64,000 nucleotides of DNA from positions 128,001 through 192,000 of the IMG/VR virus record IMGVR_UViG_3300045988_170943; one strand, given 5' to 3'. A program made the position numbers and the translations under genes. The notes under the pieces were generated by a model. The model saw only the letters and a program-made list of their open reading frames with translations, had not been told where the DNA came from and did no database searches. Numbering within the stretch: the first letter of the stretch is position 1; every line of letters begins with the position of its first letter. Positions 39,024-48,778 of the stretch are shown here, in pieces. Source of the DNA: a virus.

Positions 39024-39707
39024 ATGGACATTTACGCTGGCACCATCACCGGCCCCTACCATGAGCAACGTGGAGAAACCAGCCAGGACGCATACTGGTT
39101 CCTCCAAGAGAGAGGGTTCACAGTACTCGCAGTGGCCGATGGGGCTGGTAGCCTCCCCCGATCAGGGGTGGGTGCGGAGATCGCCGTGAACACTGCCGTC
39201 AATGAGACCATGGATGACCTGCTGGGTGGGGAGTCCTTTGAGGAGGCGGTCAGGAGTGGCATCGAGTGTGCCCAGACCTCTTTGACAATCCGGGACGACG
39301 CCCACGAGATCGGGTGCACACTCGCCTTGGCCGCCTACCATGAAGACGGCGGATGGGCGGCGGGAACTATCGGTGACTCCTTCATCGTTGTCACCGCTGA
39401 TCGGGACACGCACACTCTGATCACCTCCCCCAAACCAAGCGAGTTCAACAACATCACTCACCTACTCACCACCAGCAACGCGCAACCCACCATTGAGCAT
39501 GGGGAGGACCGACCACTCATGATCTCCGTCGCCACTGACGGGCTGGCCGGAGCGTCAACAAAATCTGGGGCACCCTCTGGGGCGTTCTGGGCCAAGGTCA
39601 GCGACTATGCCACCTCAGGTGAAGGACTCGATGTTGACGCGCTCCTAGAGTTCATGAACGCTGAGGGCCGGATCGAAGACGACACCACTCTCATCATTGG
39701 CACCTGA
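39024..39707 (+). CDS. PP2C-family Ser/Thr phosphatase (VADGAGS metal-binding motif, ATDGLAGA, terminal DDTTLII)
   Basis: Canonical PP2C motifs in order. Confidence 0.75.
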   Translation: MDIYAGTITGPYHEQRGETSQDAYWFLQERGFTVLAVADGAGSLPRSGVGAEIAVNTAVNETMDDLLGGESFEEAVRSGIECAQTSLTIRDDAHEIGCTLALAAYHEDGGWAAGTIGDSFIVVTADRDTHTLITSPKPSEFNNITHLLTTSNAQPTIEHGEDRPLMISVATDGLAGASTKSGAPSGAFWAKVSDYATSGEGLDVDALLEFMNAEGRIEDDTTLIIGT

Positions 39708-39866
39708 CCCCCACCACGCCAGCACAAACACCCCGAGCACATAGCAGTCAAGCCAGCCCCACGCAAGACCATCCGTCAACGCCACACCGTCTCTCGCAGT
39801 GACTTGATTTGTTGTGGTTTCTGTGGTTCCTGATATTGTGTTCTGAGTTGTTGAGGAGGTTATGGT

Positions 39867-40466
39867 TTGTCTGGTCGGTTGTTGAAGATTGGTGAGGTTG
39901 CGCGTCTGCTGGGGGTGTCTACGTCTAGGGTGCGTGATTATGCTCGTGAGGGTCGTCTGGAGTTCTCGTTGACTCCGGGCGGGCAGCGGGTGTTCGACCG
40001 GGCTGTGGTGGATCAATTCATGGGTGCTTCCCCGGACGGTGGGTGTGTGTTCTATGTGCGCTCGTCGAAGGGCAACAAGGGTGCGATGGATACTCAGGTG
40101 CGGGAACTCACTGAAGTGTTTGGTGAGCCGTCTCGGGTATACCGTGATGCTGGGAGTGGCCTGAATGAGAACCGGAAGGGACTGTGGCGACTCATCAGTG
40201 ACGCTGAGCGCGGTGGTTTCTCCAAGGTGTGTGTAACTCACGAGGACCGCCTGTCCAGGTTCGGGGTCGCCTTCATCAGGAGAATCCTGAAGGATCGAGG
40301 CGTTGAGGTGGCCATCCTGCACGATGACAAGCGGTCTGACCGTGAGGAGATACTGTTGGACTTCATGGCGATCCTGGCTTCGTTCTCTGGGCGCTACTAC
40401 CGGCTCCGGTCCAGGCGTGAGCAGAACGACCTACTGGATGAGGCCAGGAGTGCCCTGAATGGGTAA
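39867..40466 (+). CDS. tnpA: IS607-type TnpA: MerR-like HTH (IGEVARLLGVSTSRVRDYAREGRL) fused to a serine-recombinase catalytic domain (YVRSS...)
   Basis: Domain architecture read directly. Confidence 0.85.
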   Translation: MSGRLLKIGEVARLLGVSTSRVRDYAREGRLEFSLTPGGQRVFDRAVVDQFMGASPDGGCVFYVRSSKGNKGAMDTQVRELTEVFGEPSRVYRDAGSGLNENRKGLWRLISDAERGGFSKVCVTHEDRLSRFGVAFIRRILKDRGVEVAILHDDKRSDREEILLDFMAILASFSGRYYRLRSRREQNDLLDEARSALNG

Positions 40467-41901
40467 GGTCAGAACGTCTGTCGCCTTGCGGCACTTCGGC
40501 ACACCAGGCCATGATCATGATGCGGTGCATGTTGACCTGGTGTCGATGGTGCGTATGGTGCAGGCCGCCGCTACCGAGTTCACCATGTCACCGGCTTATG
40601 GTGACCTGATCAGGCGTATCCTGTCCGGCGACGTGAAGGTCGGGACACGGAAGAACCACAGCGGTAGGGGAAACGTCCCGGACGTGTTCTTCCCATGCAA
40701 CCGGTACAACATGAACGAGATGCTTCGCGCCCTGGTGATGGGGCACATCGAGACACATGCAGTAAGTACTGGACTGTTCCAGGTCATGGGCGACAACCCG
40801 ACCGAACGTGACCCCAAGACAGTGGCGTCCCTGTTCCGCGACGTCTACCCCAAAACCGCGTTGAGGGTCCCGTGGCGCACGGCCAGGTCCCACGTTCACC
40901 GGTACCATGACAAGGGCCAGAGGACACCACAGGACCCCAGAGTCCCAGCGAAGATCGACCTGTCTGCTTGCGACGGACACTACCTGAAACTAGAGGCCAA
41001 CAGACGTGACGTAACCTTGTGGTTTCGGAGGCTCCAGACAGCCAAAAACGTCACCCTGACGTTCCGCCTGCCCAGAGGGCAGAGGTTTCAGGGCAACAAG
41101 GTGTGCAAACCCACCATCCAGGTTGCGGGTGAGGAACTCATCTTCAGGTTCACCATCGAGAAGACCGTCGCAGACCGCGCCCCCTCCAAAGTGATGGGAG
41201 TGGATCTCGGTAAGGTCGAGCCCTACACCGCCACCATCATCAACGAGCAGGAGAACCACCACTCCGCACCATTTCAAGCATCCAGAAAGATCAAGCACCT
41301 CAACGGCCGCTACGACGACCTGATCCGACGCGCCCAACACCTTGAGGTCAAGGCGTCCCGCTGCCAGGCCAGCGGACACCGCCACAAAGCATCCGTACTC
41401 ACCAGCCACGCCCAGAACATCCGGGCGGCCGCCAGACGAGTCAAGGGCGAAACTACCCACCAGATCGCACATGAGATCGCCGAGACAGCATCCAAGCGCG
41501 ACACCGCCGTCGCCCTGGAGGACCTGTCCTGGCTGAACCACATGGGCGGACGCTGGAACCACTCAGAGACCCAGGAAGCCATCACCAACGCCTGCCGACG
41601 CCGAGGCATCCCCGTCAGAAAAGTCAACGCGCGCGACACCTCCAACACCTGCACCCGGTGCGGCAGCACAGTCACCCACAACCGGCGGAACAACACCTGC
41701 ACCACATGCAGATTCACCATCAACCGTGACGTCGCAGCATCCAGAGAGATCGCCTTACGCGCCACAAGAAACAAGCACAGGGAGCCGCTTCGCCAACGGA
41801 AGCGGCAGAGCATGACGGTCACGCACCAGTCAGCCCCGGCCACCACCATGAGTGGTACCGGCCCACAGGCAACCATGCCTGAAACGTCAGGTCAGGGGTG
41901 A
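40459..41901 (+). CDS. tnpB: IS607-type TnpB RuvC-like nuclease (MGVDLGKVEPYTA; ..ALEDLSWL..; CTRCG..C..C Zn finger; NRDVAASREIALRA)
   Basis: RuvC I/II/III motifs plus the Zn finger. Confidence 0.85.
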   Translation: MGKVRTSVALRHFGTPGHDHDAVHVDLVSMVRMVQAAATEFTMSPAYGDLIRRILSGDVKVGTRKNHSGRGNVPDVFFPCNRYNMNEMLRALVMGHIETHAVSTGLFQVMGDNPTERDPKTVASLFRDVYPKTALRVPWRTARSHVHRYHDKGQRTPQDPRVPAKIDLSACDGHYLKLEANRRDVTLWFRRLQTAKNVTLTFRLPRGQRFQGNKVCKPTIQVAGEELIFRFTIEKTVADRAPSKVMGVDLGKVEPYTATIINEQENHHSAPFQASRKIKHLNGRYDDLIRRAQHLEVKASRCQASGHRHKASVLTSHAQNIRAAARRVKGETTHQIAHEIAETASKRDTAVALEDLSWLNHMGGRWNHSETQEAITNACRRRGIPVRKVNARDTSNTCTRCGSTVTHNRRNNTCTTCRFTINRDVAASREIALRATRNKHREPLRQRKRQSMTVTHQSAPATTMSGTGPQATMPETSGQG

Positions 41902-41970
41902 GGCCCACAGAGAACACAGATTTTCTAGAAAACCCAACCCAACTGACGAGCGTAGAGAGAATACACACTG

Positions 41971-43917
41971 ATGAGAACCTGCCTTGTGAAAAGCCCGCAC
42001 GGGTCAGGACGAGTGACCCTCGGTGCCGAACTCGGTAGAGGCGGCGAAGGGTCAGTGTACACTGTCACTAGCGTGCAGGCACCAACCCTCGGCGCCCCCG
42101 ATAGCCTAGTCGCAAAGGTGTACCACACCCCAGGTGAAGGCAACCGGAGAGCCAAAATCCATGCCATGGTGTCCCGGCAGCCAGACGCCACGTCCCTCGC
42201 CTGGCCTGTCGCCGCCCTGTATGATGGGGTGGAGTTTATCGGCTACCTGATGCCGAAACTTGACGCTAGCCGGTTCCGTGACTGGTCCGACTTGGCGAAC
42301 GCAAAAACTCGCCGCGAGAGTGCACCGGACTTCGACTTCAAGTACGCGCTGCACGCATGCCGGAACCTTGCCGCAGCCATCGACAGTGCCCACAAGGTTG
42401 GGGCGGTCCTGGGGGACATCAACGAGTCCAACGACATGGTGGGTGCTGACGCCAGCATCCTTGTTGTTGACACAGACAGCGCCCAGATCACAGCCTCAAA
42501 CGGGCGAGTGTTCCCCTGCCTGGTCGGCAAGCCCGAGTATACGGCCCCAGAGATCTCGAAGGGGTCGTTCAAGGACAACCCTCGCACGGTCAGCACGGAT
42601 GTTTTCGCGTATGCGGTGATGGTGTTCCAGATGCTCACTGGTGGGGCACACCCTAGTGACGGGAAGTATACGGGTGGTGGGGACGCACCGGACACAAGGC
42701 ACAGGATCCTTCAGGGCGTGTACCCGGCCCTGGTGGACACGGCAGGCTTTCAGGCGGTGCAACGGATCCCCAGTGAGTGCGTCCCGAGCGTCATCATGGG
42801 AACAATCACTAGAGCAATGACTGGGAGACCTGACGCCCGGCCGAGCCTGTACGATTTTGTGAAAGACTACGATGATGTGCTGGCCGCGTTGAGACAGTGT
42901 CCACGTATCGGGTCGCACTGGTGGGATGGGCGGGACCATGCGGTGTGCCCCTGGTGTCTTCGCCGTGACGCTGGCTTGAATGACCCGTGGGGGCCTCCGG
43001 TGCAAAGGGCTCAGGCTGCGGTCCCGTCTAGTGGTGCGATCAGCCAGTCAACGCTTCCTCCGGTGGGGTTCAACTCGGCTAGCAGTGGGGGCTCACCGGC
43101 CGTCACGAGGAGAAGACTCACTCCGGCAGGCTCCAGCACCCCTCCAGGGCGTTCACAGCCTCCTGGTGGGACTGGTGCGCATCCTGGCTACCGTCCTCCC
43201 ACCCAGTACGCTCAGGCACCTGTGTCGGCGCCTCAGGCGGCCTCTAGCAGTGCTGGAGCCCCGCCGACTGGAGGCTATCACTCTCAGTCTTCTCTGCCGT
43301 TCACGAGTGGGTCTAGCGGCTCCACTGGGTCGTCCAGCAGTGTCCCGTCGAAGGTGAAAGGGAAGACTGTCCTGACGTACTCGGACGGTTCCGCTGCGGT
43401 GCGTCCACCTATCGCCACCCTGCTGAGGTCGAATCCTGGTGTCGCCTGGTACTGCATCAAGAACGAAACACCTGGTTTCGCTCAGGCTTGGTGGGATGTG
43501 AAGCGTCCCCTGGTGCTGCTGTGGGCGTCCGCCCTTGGTCTCCTGGTAGGGCTTCTTCTGTCGGGGACGTGGCTGATCGTTCTGCCGCAACTAGCACCGT
43601 ACCTTCAGTCACAGTACCCGTCGATGGACTGGATCTCTATCCTGGTTGGTTTGGGTGGCCTGGCGGCTGCTGCGACCGCATCCGTAGCGGTGCTCTGTTT
43701 GTTCCTGTCGTCAATGTGGGACTTCTTGAAGGCTAGGCGGCAGAACCGTGACCTCAATGTGTTCGAGCGTGACAAGTGGTGGGTGACCGTCCTGAGGTAC
43801 CTGCCGATCCCTGTGGTGTATGGGCCTCTGCTGGTGCTGGTGCTGGTGGCGTGCCTGATCGGTTTGGCGGTGAGTGCAGTGATCGGGATTCTGCGTATGA
43901 TCTTGGAGTCCGACTAA
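41971..43917 (+). CDS. Hanks-type Ser/Thr protein kinase: G-loop LGRGGEGSVY, VAKVY lysine, catalytic GDINESN, DTDSA, TAPE. It carries a CPWC zinc knuckle, a Pro/Ser-rich linker and 3 C-terminal TM helices
   Basis: Kinase subdomain motifs read directly. Confidence 0.8.
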   Translation: MRTCLVKSPHGSGRVTLGAELGRGGEGSVYTVTSVQAPTLGAPDSLVAKVYHTPGEGNRRAKIHAMVSRQPDATSLAWPVAALYDGVEFIGYLMPKLDASRFRDWSDLANAKTRRESAPDFDFKYALHACRNLAAAIDSAHKVGAVLGDINESNDMVGADASILVVDTDSAQITASNGRVFPCLVGKPEYTAPEISKGSFKDNPRTVSTDVFAYAVMVFQMLTGGAHPSDGKYTGGGDAPDTRHRILQGVYPALVDTAGFQAVQRIPSECVPSVIMGTITRAMTGRPDARPSLYDFVKDYDDVLAALRQCPRIGSHWWDGRDHAVCPWCLRRDAGLNDPWGPPVQRAQAAVPSSGAISQSTLPPVGFNSASSGGSPAVTRRRLTPAGSSTPPGRSQPPGGTGAHPGYRPPTQYAQAPVSAPQAASSSAGAPPTGGYHSQSSLPFTSGSSGSTGSSSSVPSKVKGKTVLTYSDGSAAVRPPIATLLRSNPGVAWYCIKNETPGFAQAWWDVKRPLVLLWASALGLLVGLLLSGTWLIVLPQLAPYLQSQYPSMDWISILVGLGGLAAAATASVAVLCLFLSSMWDFLKARRQNRDLNVFERDKWWVTVLRYLPIPVVYGPLLVLVLVACLIGLAVSAVIGILRMILESD

Positions 43918-44139
43918 CCAGCAGCCTTACCCCTCTCTGGTTCACTGTTTGGGGGAGCCCGCTTTTGCGTATCCTATGAACCGCCTTTTTCTTCGCTCGC
44001 ACTGGACGTGTTCACTGCTCTCTTGTTTTTGGTGTGACCTGGGTCCTGTTGCCTGATGGTGCTGTATCCTGCTATGATCCGAGATAGTAAGCGGTGCCGC
44101 AACCATGTGGCCAGAAAGAAGGAAGGAGGGCGTACTCAG

Positions 44140-44765
44140 TGACGGATCCTGTACTCACGCACGCCCCATCGTTCAGTGACCTACTCAACGATGGTGTTTC
44201 CAACCTGGTTGTGCTGGACTTTGATGGCGTGATCAACCCTTTCGCTTCCCGGTTCAACATCAATCAGAAGCGGTTTTACCGGCCGAACCATTTAGTGCAC
44301 GTCAAGAGCCCCTGGAGCGGCAACGAGCAGTACCCGGTTAAATGGTCCGATGACCTCATGTCTGACCTTAGTGGCATCATGGGTGACCCTGGGACGGTGC
44401 TGATCTGGTTGACGGCCTGGAAACAGCATGTTGCCAAGCCAGTCAGTCTCATGGGATTGGAGACGCACCACCCCCAGTACTGGCTAGACTTCGACAAGGG
44501 TGTCTCCTACCGTCCGAACCAGGGCGCTAAACGTGACGCCATGAGAGACTACCTGGGTGGCGGCACCCTTCCGGAGGGGGTACGGGTCGCGTGGGCTGAC
44601 GATGAGGTTCTGACTGGGGCCCACTCTGCTGACGTCACTTCCATGTTCGGCCCCGGCCTGTTACCTGTCCGGTCGAACCCGATGAATGGCCTGTCCAAGT
44701 GGGATGTGACCCAGATCAGTAAGCACCTGGGTTGGGCCGCCAGCAAGAGGGAGGACTCCCTGTGA
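44140..44765 (+). CDS. HAD-superfamily phosphatase (motif I VLDFDGVIN, motif II ..LTAW, Lys, motif IV WADDEV); ORF opens at 44094
   Basis: HAD motifs I-IV in order; possibly a nucleotidase/phosphatase. Confidence 0.5.
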
Positions 44766-45538
44766 CCAGTGCCACCAATGAGGACAGCATGTTTGAGGGT
44801 TTGCTGCCGTGGATTCTGCGGCCATCCCAGGATCATGTGCGCCACGCCTTCCAGGCAGACACATGCGGCCTCCAGGAGGAGGATGAGACGGTCCTTTCTA
44901 ACGAAGGGTCTTCTTTCCCATCATACACGGTGGGGACGCTCATGGATGGTTGCCCAGTCGTCACAGTCAGGTATATCTCGCCGCGATACGGAGACGACCG
45001 AGACATGTTTTTGGCGGCACTGGACGCCCAGGATGCTTCGATGAGTATTGAGCGCCCCCCGAATGGCGGCGTGGCCCTGGTGCTTCATGCTGGTTTGCGG
45101 TTCTCTGACATCAACGAGCAGATGCGGGGGGTGGAACCGTACGGGACACAACAGGTACAGTCGTTCTACATCAACACGAACGAGGATCATCTGTGGATTG
45201 TGGTGAAGGTGGTTCGTGACGCCCTTGAGGCCGGAACCCTGGTTTCCTGGGGTGACGACAACATGGGACTCTCGTTCTGTGACGGCCGGGCCATGAGTGA
45301 CACTCAGGTGCAGGAGGTGCGGGATCGTATACGAGATGACCTGGCCCTGTACCGTGAAGCCGTTGGCGACAGCAGTGAGGGATGGCAGGCACGGGCGGTC
45401 AGACAGGCCAGCGTCACACATGGCGTCCATTACCCTGGCCTGTCTCACAAAGTCACTGTGCCAAAGCGAACACAGGTAAACGTGCGTGCAGGCAGACTCA
45501 TCAAGGATAAGATCACGAGAAAGAAGAGGGGTTGGTGA
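44762..45538 (+). CDS. Hypothetical protein (GTG start overlapping the upstream stop; ORF opens at 44732)
   Basis: ORF. Confidence 0.45.
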   Translation: MTSATNEDSMFEGLLPWILRPSQDHVRHAFQADTCGLQEEDETVLSNEGSSFPSYTVGTLMDGCPVVTVRYISPRYGDDRDMFLAALDAQDASMSIERPPNGGVALVLHAGLRFSDINEQMRGVEPYGTQQVQSFYINTNEDHLWIVVKVVRDALEAGTLVSWGDDNMGLSFCDGRAMSDTQVQEVRDRIRDDLALYREAVGDSSEGWQARAVRQASVTHGVHYPGLSHKVTVPKRTQVNVRAGRLIKDKITRKKRGW

Positions 45539-45539
45539 C

Positions 45540-45716
45540 ATGACACTGACGGAGCGTGACGTCATGGTTAAGGCCAGGGAGAAGTATATGAGGCAACCTG
45601 TGAACTATGGGCCTGAACGTGGAGGAGATCACCTGGTGGACATAGTGGAGCAGGATGCTTTCGAGGCCGGGTTCGAAGCGGCCTTGAAGTGGATGCGTTC
45701 ATCACCAACCACATGA
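45540..45716 (+). CDS. Small hypothetical protein (58 aa; ORF opens at 45486)
   Basis: ATG 2 nt after the upstream stop. Confidence 0.3.
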   Translation: MTLTERDVMVKAREKYMRQPVNYGPERGGDHLVDIVEQDAFEAGFEAALKWMRSSPTT

Positions 45717-45896
45717 TCGCACACCAGTATTGTTAAGGTGTGGTATCAGCAGGCAGAGTAGGTCCGGTCGGTATAATACGCCGAGTTAAGGTGTAGAGGA
45801 CACTGGAGTCATGCCCCATAGCCCCCTGCACCTTTTCTGCCTATTCCACTCTCAACATACTACTACCCCTTTTATCTTAAAAATAGAGGATCGGAG

Positions 45897-46031
45897 ATGA
45901 AAAATATGGACGCACTCACATCTTCTGGTGTTTTTGTACTGGTTGTTGCTGTCACGCTGGGGCTCGCCAGGGCCGGGTCGTGGGCTGTTATGAAACTCGC
46001 GGAACGGAGCAGCAACAAGTTCACACTCTAA
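45897..46031 (+). CDS. Candidate 44-aa single-TM peptide (MKNMDALTSSGVFVLVVAVTLGLARAGSWAVMKLAERSSNKFTL), below the ORF-track size cutoff
   Basis: AGGATCGGAG RBS 7 nt upstream; hydrophobic core; lies in a 590-bp gap. Confidence 0.3.
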   Translation: MKNMDALTSSGVFVLVVAVTLGLARAGSWAVMKLAERSSNKFTL

Positions 46032-46117
46032 CCCCACTCACAGGAAGGCCCTGTCTATTCCGCTCTCGTGCCAGCGTATTACGCTTTCAGTGCTCCCAGG
46101 TCGGGATCCTCTAGTTC

Positions 46118-46160
46118 TCAACCAGCGTGACATCAGAACGGTGTTTGTCACACTGGTTGA
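46118..46160 (+). terminator. Hairpin tcaaccagcgtgaca / tgtcacactggttga (15-bp stem, one mismatch) followed by a T-rich tract
   Basis: Seen directly between the small peptide ORF and the rseP-like gene. Confidence 0.35.
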
Positions 46161-46304
46161 TTCGCGCTCGGTTTCTATGTTAGGTTGGGCGCACGGAGGG
46201 CACCCCTCTTGAACCTGGGGGCACGAGCCTGTGCCTCCTTCGTCTCTACACTGGGCCAATATTCCAGTCGCACAATCTTCCGGCCAAACACAAGGCGGTA
46301 CCGC

Positions 46305-47561
46305 ATGTTCACTATTCTTCTATGGCTGTTGGGCGTAGCCGCCTTCATTGTCGTACTCCTCGCCAGTATTGGTCTGCACGAGGCGGGGCACATGGTTGCC
46401 GCCAGATGGTGTGGCCTGTATGTCCCTAAGTTCTTCGTTGGGTTCGGCCGCACCATCTGGTCGTTCAAACGGGGCGGCACCGAGTATGGACTGAAAGCCA
46501 TCCCTCTGGGTGGGTTTGTCAGTATCGAGGACCCGACCCGGCCGGAGGGTGAAGACGACAGGATGCTGCTGTCTCACGTACACCCCCTGAAACGGATCCT
46601 TGTGTTCATTGCCGGTCCGCTGGTGAACCTTGCGCTCGCGGTCGTGATCCTCATGGCCGGGCTCGTTGGCCAGCCGTACCGAGCCACCACGACCACGGTG
46701 CAGAACGTGACCGTATGTGAGCACACAGACGCGGAGCACACTCAACTGGTTGCCCCATGTGGAGCATACGCTGCTGGAATCTTCAAGGGTGACACGATCA
46801 CCTCAGTCAACGGGCGTCGAGTATCCACGCTGGCACAGGTTAGGCAGGCTCTCCAGGAAGTGCCGGACGGCCAGAAGGTGCCCGTGACGGTACACCGCGT
46901 GTTCCCCAATGGGGGCGGTGAGCGTGACTTCAACAAGATGGCTCGCGTCGAGGGAGGCACTATCGGGTTGACCGTGAAGACAGAGACCCGTCGGCTCAGT
47001 GTCGCAGAGTCAGCGAAGGTGCTGGGTGCGGTGAGTGTGCAACAGATTCAGGCCATCCCAAGCCTTGTGGGGCAGATCCCGGCGGTATGGCGCAACATCA
47101 TCGGGCAGGGCGATGGTAAGCCCGCGGCCACCTCCATCATCGCGGTAGGGAAGACGTATGGGGATGTGGCCGCGAATACTGGCCCTACTGCGTCATCTGG
47201 GTTCAGTGAGGTTGGTCGCGTTCGTACCCTTGTGTTGTTTAGTGGCCTGGTGAACCTGAGCCTGTTCGTCATGAATGCCTTGTTGCCGATGCTTCCCTTG
47301 GACTCGGGTCGTATCCTGATTGCGTTGGTTGACTTGGTGCGCATGGGGTGGGCTAGGTTCACCAGGGTGGTGTCGCGTGGTATGCGTGCGATGCGTGGGC
47401 GCCTTGATGCTGGCAGTGATGGGGGTGGCGGCTGGGTGTACCGGCCGTTGAGCAGTAAGGTCGTGAACACTCTGACGGTGGTGACATCTGTGCCCTTGTT
47501 CCTGTTTTTCATCATGCTTGTGGTGTCGGATGTGATGTCCACGATCCGGGGAAGCATCTAA
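46305..47561 (+). CDS. rseP: M50 site-2 protease (RseP/Rip1 family): HEAGHMVAARWCG zinc site in TM1, PDZ-like middle, LDGG-type downstream motif; ORF opens at 46185
   Basis: HExxH within a TM helix plus the overall RseP layout. Confidence 0.75.
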   Translation: MFTILLWLLGVAAFIVVLLASIGLHEAGHMVAARWCGLYVPKFFVGFGRTIWSFKRGGTEYGLKAIPLGGFVSIEDPTRPEGEDDRMLLSHVHPLKRILVFIAGPLVNLALAVVILMAGLVGQPYRATTTTVQNVTVCEHTDAEHTQLVAPCGAYAAGIFKGDTITSVNGRRVSTLAQVRQALQEVPDGQKVPVTVHRVFPNGGGERDFNKMARVEGGTIGLTVKTETRRLSVAESAKVLGAVSVQQIQAIPSLVGQIPAVWRNIIGQGDGKPAATSIIAVGKTYGDVAANTGPTASSGFSEVGRVRTLVLFSGLVNLSLFVMNALLPMLPLDSGRILIALVDLVRMGWARFTRVVSRGMRAMRGRLDAGSDGGGGWVYRPLSSKVVNTLTVVTSVPLFLFFIMLVVSDVMSTIRGSI

Positions 47562-47775
47562 TCAGGCCATGCGGTAAACCAGCGTCTTTGTCTTTTTCAC
47601 TCTTGCCGCTTGTGAGATCAATACCATAGCACCAGACTCTACCATCACAGTGGGGTCTGGTGCTATAGTGTCCTTACATCCCCGTAAGTACATGGGGCAG
47701 CAGAATTAATCTCTAGACGTCGCCCTTACAGTGCATTGAGAAGCGAAAGCACAAGGGCGAGAAAGGGAAGCACAA

Positions 47776-48060
47776 ATGACACGACAGCCAAACGCACTAT
47801 TGTCAGGTGGCAAGGCGACTGGTAGGACCATCTGCCTTAAGTCCCGCGATGGCGACTTCTGGTGGGCTGAGGGGGACCAGAATCAGGTGTACAAGGTTCA
47901 CGTCTCAGATGTTGACTACCTGTCCTTGCATGGGTCCATTGAGTATGGGGAGACGTTTGGTGTCTGGTATGAGGACCAGGACAGTGACGGCACTGTGACT
48001 CTGATCCTTAAACGTGCGCCAGAACCCACTGTCAAGTCAGCCGTAGCCGCCATCGCCTAA
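47776..48060 (+). CDS. Hypothetical protein (94 aa)
   Basis: ORF. Confidence 0.45.
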   Translation: MTRQPNALLSGGKATGRTICLKSRDGDFWWAEGDQNQVYKVHVSDVDYLSLHGSIEYGETFGVWYEDQDSDGTVTLILKRAPEPTVKSAVAAIA

Positions 48061-48082
48061 CCGGCTCCTCTTACCACCTTCT

Positions 48083-48625
48083 ATGACTGATCCTCCCAGC
48101 CGTAGCGAACCCAGTATACAACCAGTGGACCCAGACTGCACTCAGGATGCGTGCCCGCAAGTTCTTAGGGCGAGTTCACTACCGGACGGGCCTCGCATCA
48201 TCTACTTCTCCTCCAGCACGGAGAACACTCACCGGTTTGTTCAAAGAGTGGGGCTACCAGCAGTCAGGCTTCCGTTGCGCCGATCAGATCCGGCTGTTGC
48301 TGGCGATGCCCCCTATGTGCTCATCACCCCGTCCTATGGTGGTGGCAGGATGGAGCCAAGGTATGCGATCCCTAAACAGGTGATGGCGTTCTTGAAGGAT
48401 GAGACCAGCAGGAGTAACTGCGTCGGCGTCATCTCCAGCGGCAACACCAACTTCGGTGAAGCCTACCTTGTTGCGGGAAGACTCCTGTCGGCAAAACTTC
48501 AGGTGCCAGTCCTGTACGGGTTCGAGTTACTGGGCACACCAGATGACGTCACCAAGGTACGTGAGGGGTTAGTCGCGTCCTGGGGGCGTCTAGTGGGCGC
48601 CAAGATTGGGGATGTGTCACCATGA
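48083..48625 (+). CDS. nrdI: NrdI flavodoxin-like ribonucleotide-reductase stimulatory protein (IIYFSSSTENTHRFV ... ITPSYGGG ... VISSGNTNFGEAY), with an extra N-terminal stretch of about 30 aa
   Basis: NrdI FMN-binding loop motifs read directly; no nrdE/nrdF in the window. Confidence 0.7.
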   Translation: MTDPPSRSEPSIQPVDPDCTQDACPQVLRASSLPDGPRIIYFSSSTENTHRFVQRVGLPAVRLPLRRSDPAVAGDAPYVLITPSYGGGRMEPRYAIPKQVMAFLKDETSRSNCVGVISSGNTNFGEAYLVAGRLLSAKLQVPVLYGFELLGTPDDVTKVREGLVASWGRLVGAKIGDVSP

Positions 48626-48778
48626 CCGCCACGGATGTTCCGTAATCAAGAACCAGTCAAACAAAAGACACTTGACTAAACCACCCTACTCCCTGTGGTC
48701 GTAGCGCGCCAGTGGTGGAGTCAGGGGCAGGAATGGTGCAAGCCATCAAACATCAATCAAGCAAGATAGGGGCTAGGG

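Larger units (their letters stand above)
39790..41965 (+). mobile_element. IS607-family insertion sequence (tnpA serine recombinase plus tnpB); boundaries approximate. GT-rich low-GC left end at about 39790-39866; the right end lies within 41902-41970
   Basis: tnpA and tnpB overlap by 8 nt as in IS607; the element sits between PP2C and the kinase. Confidence 0.7.
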
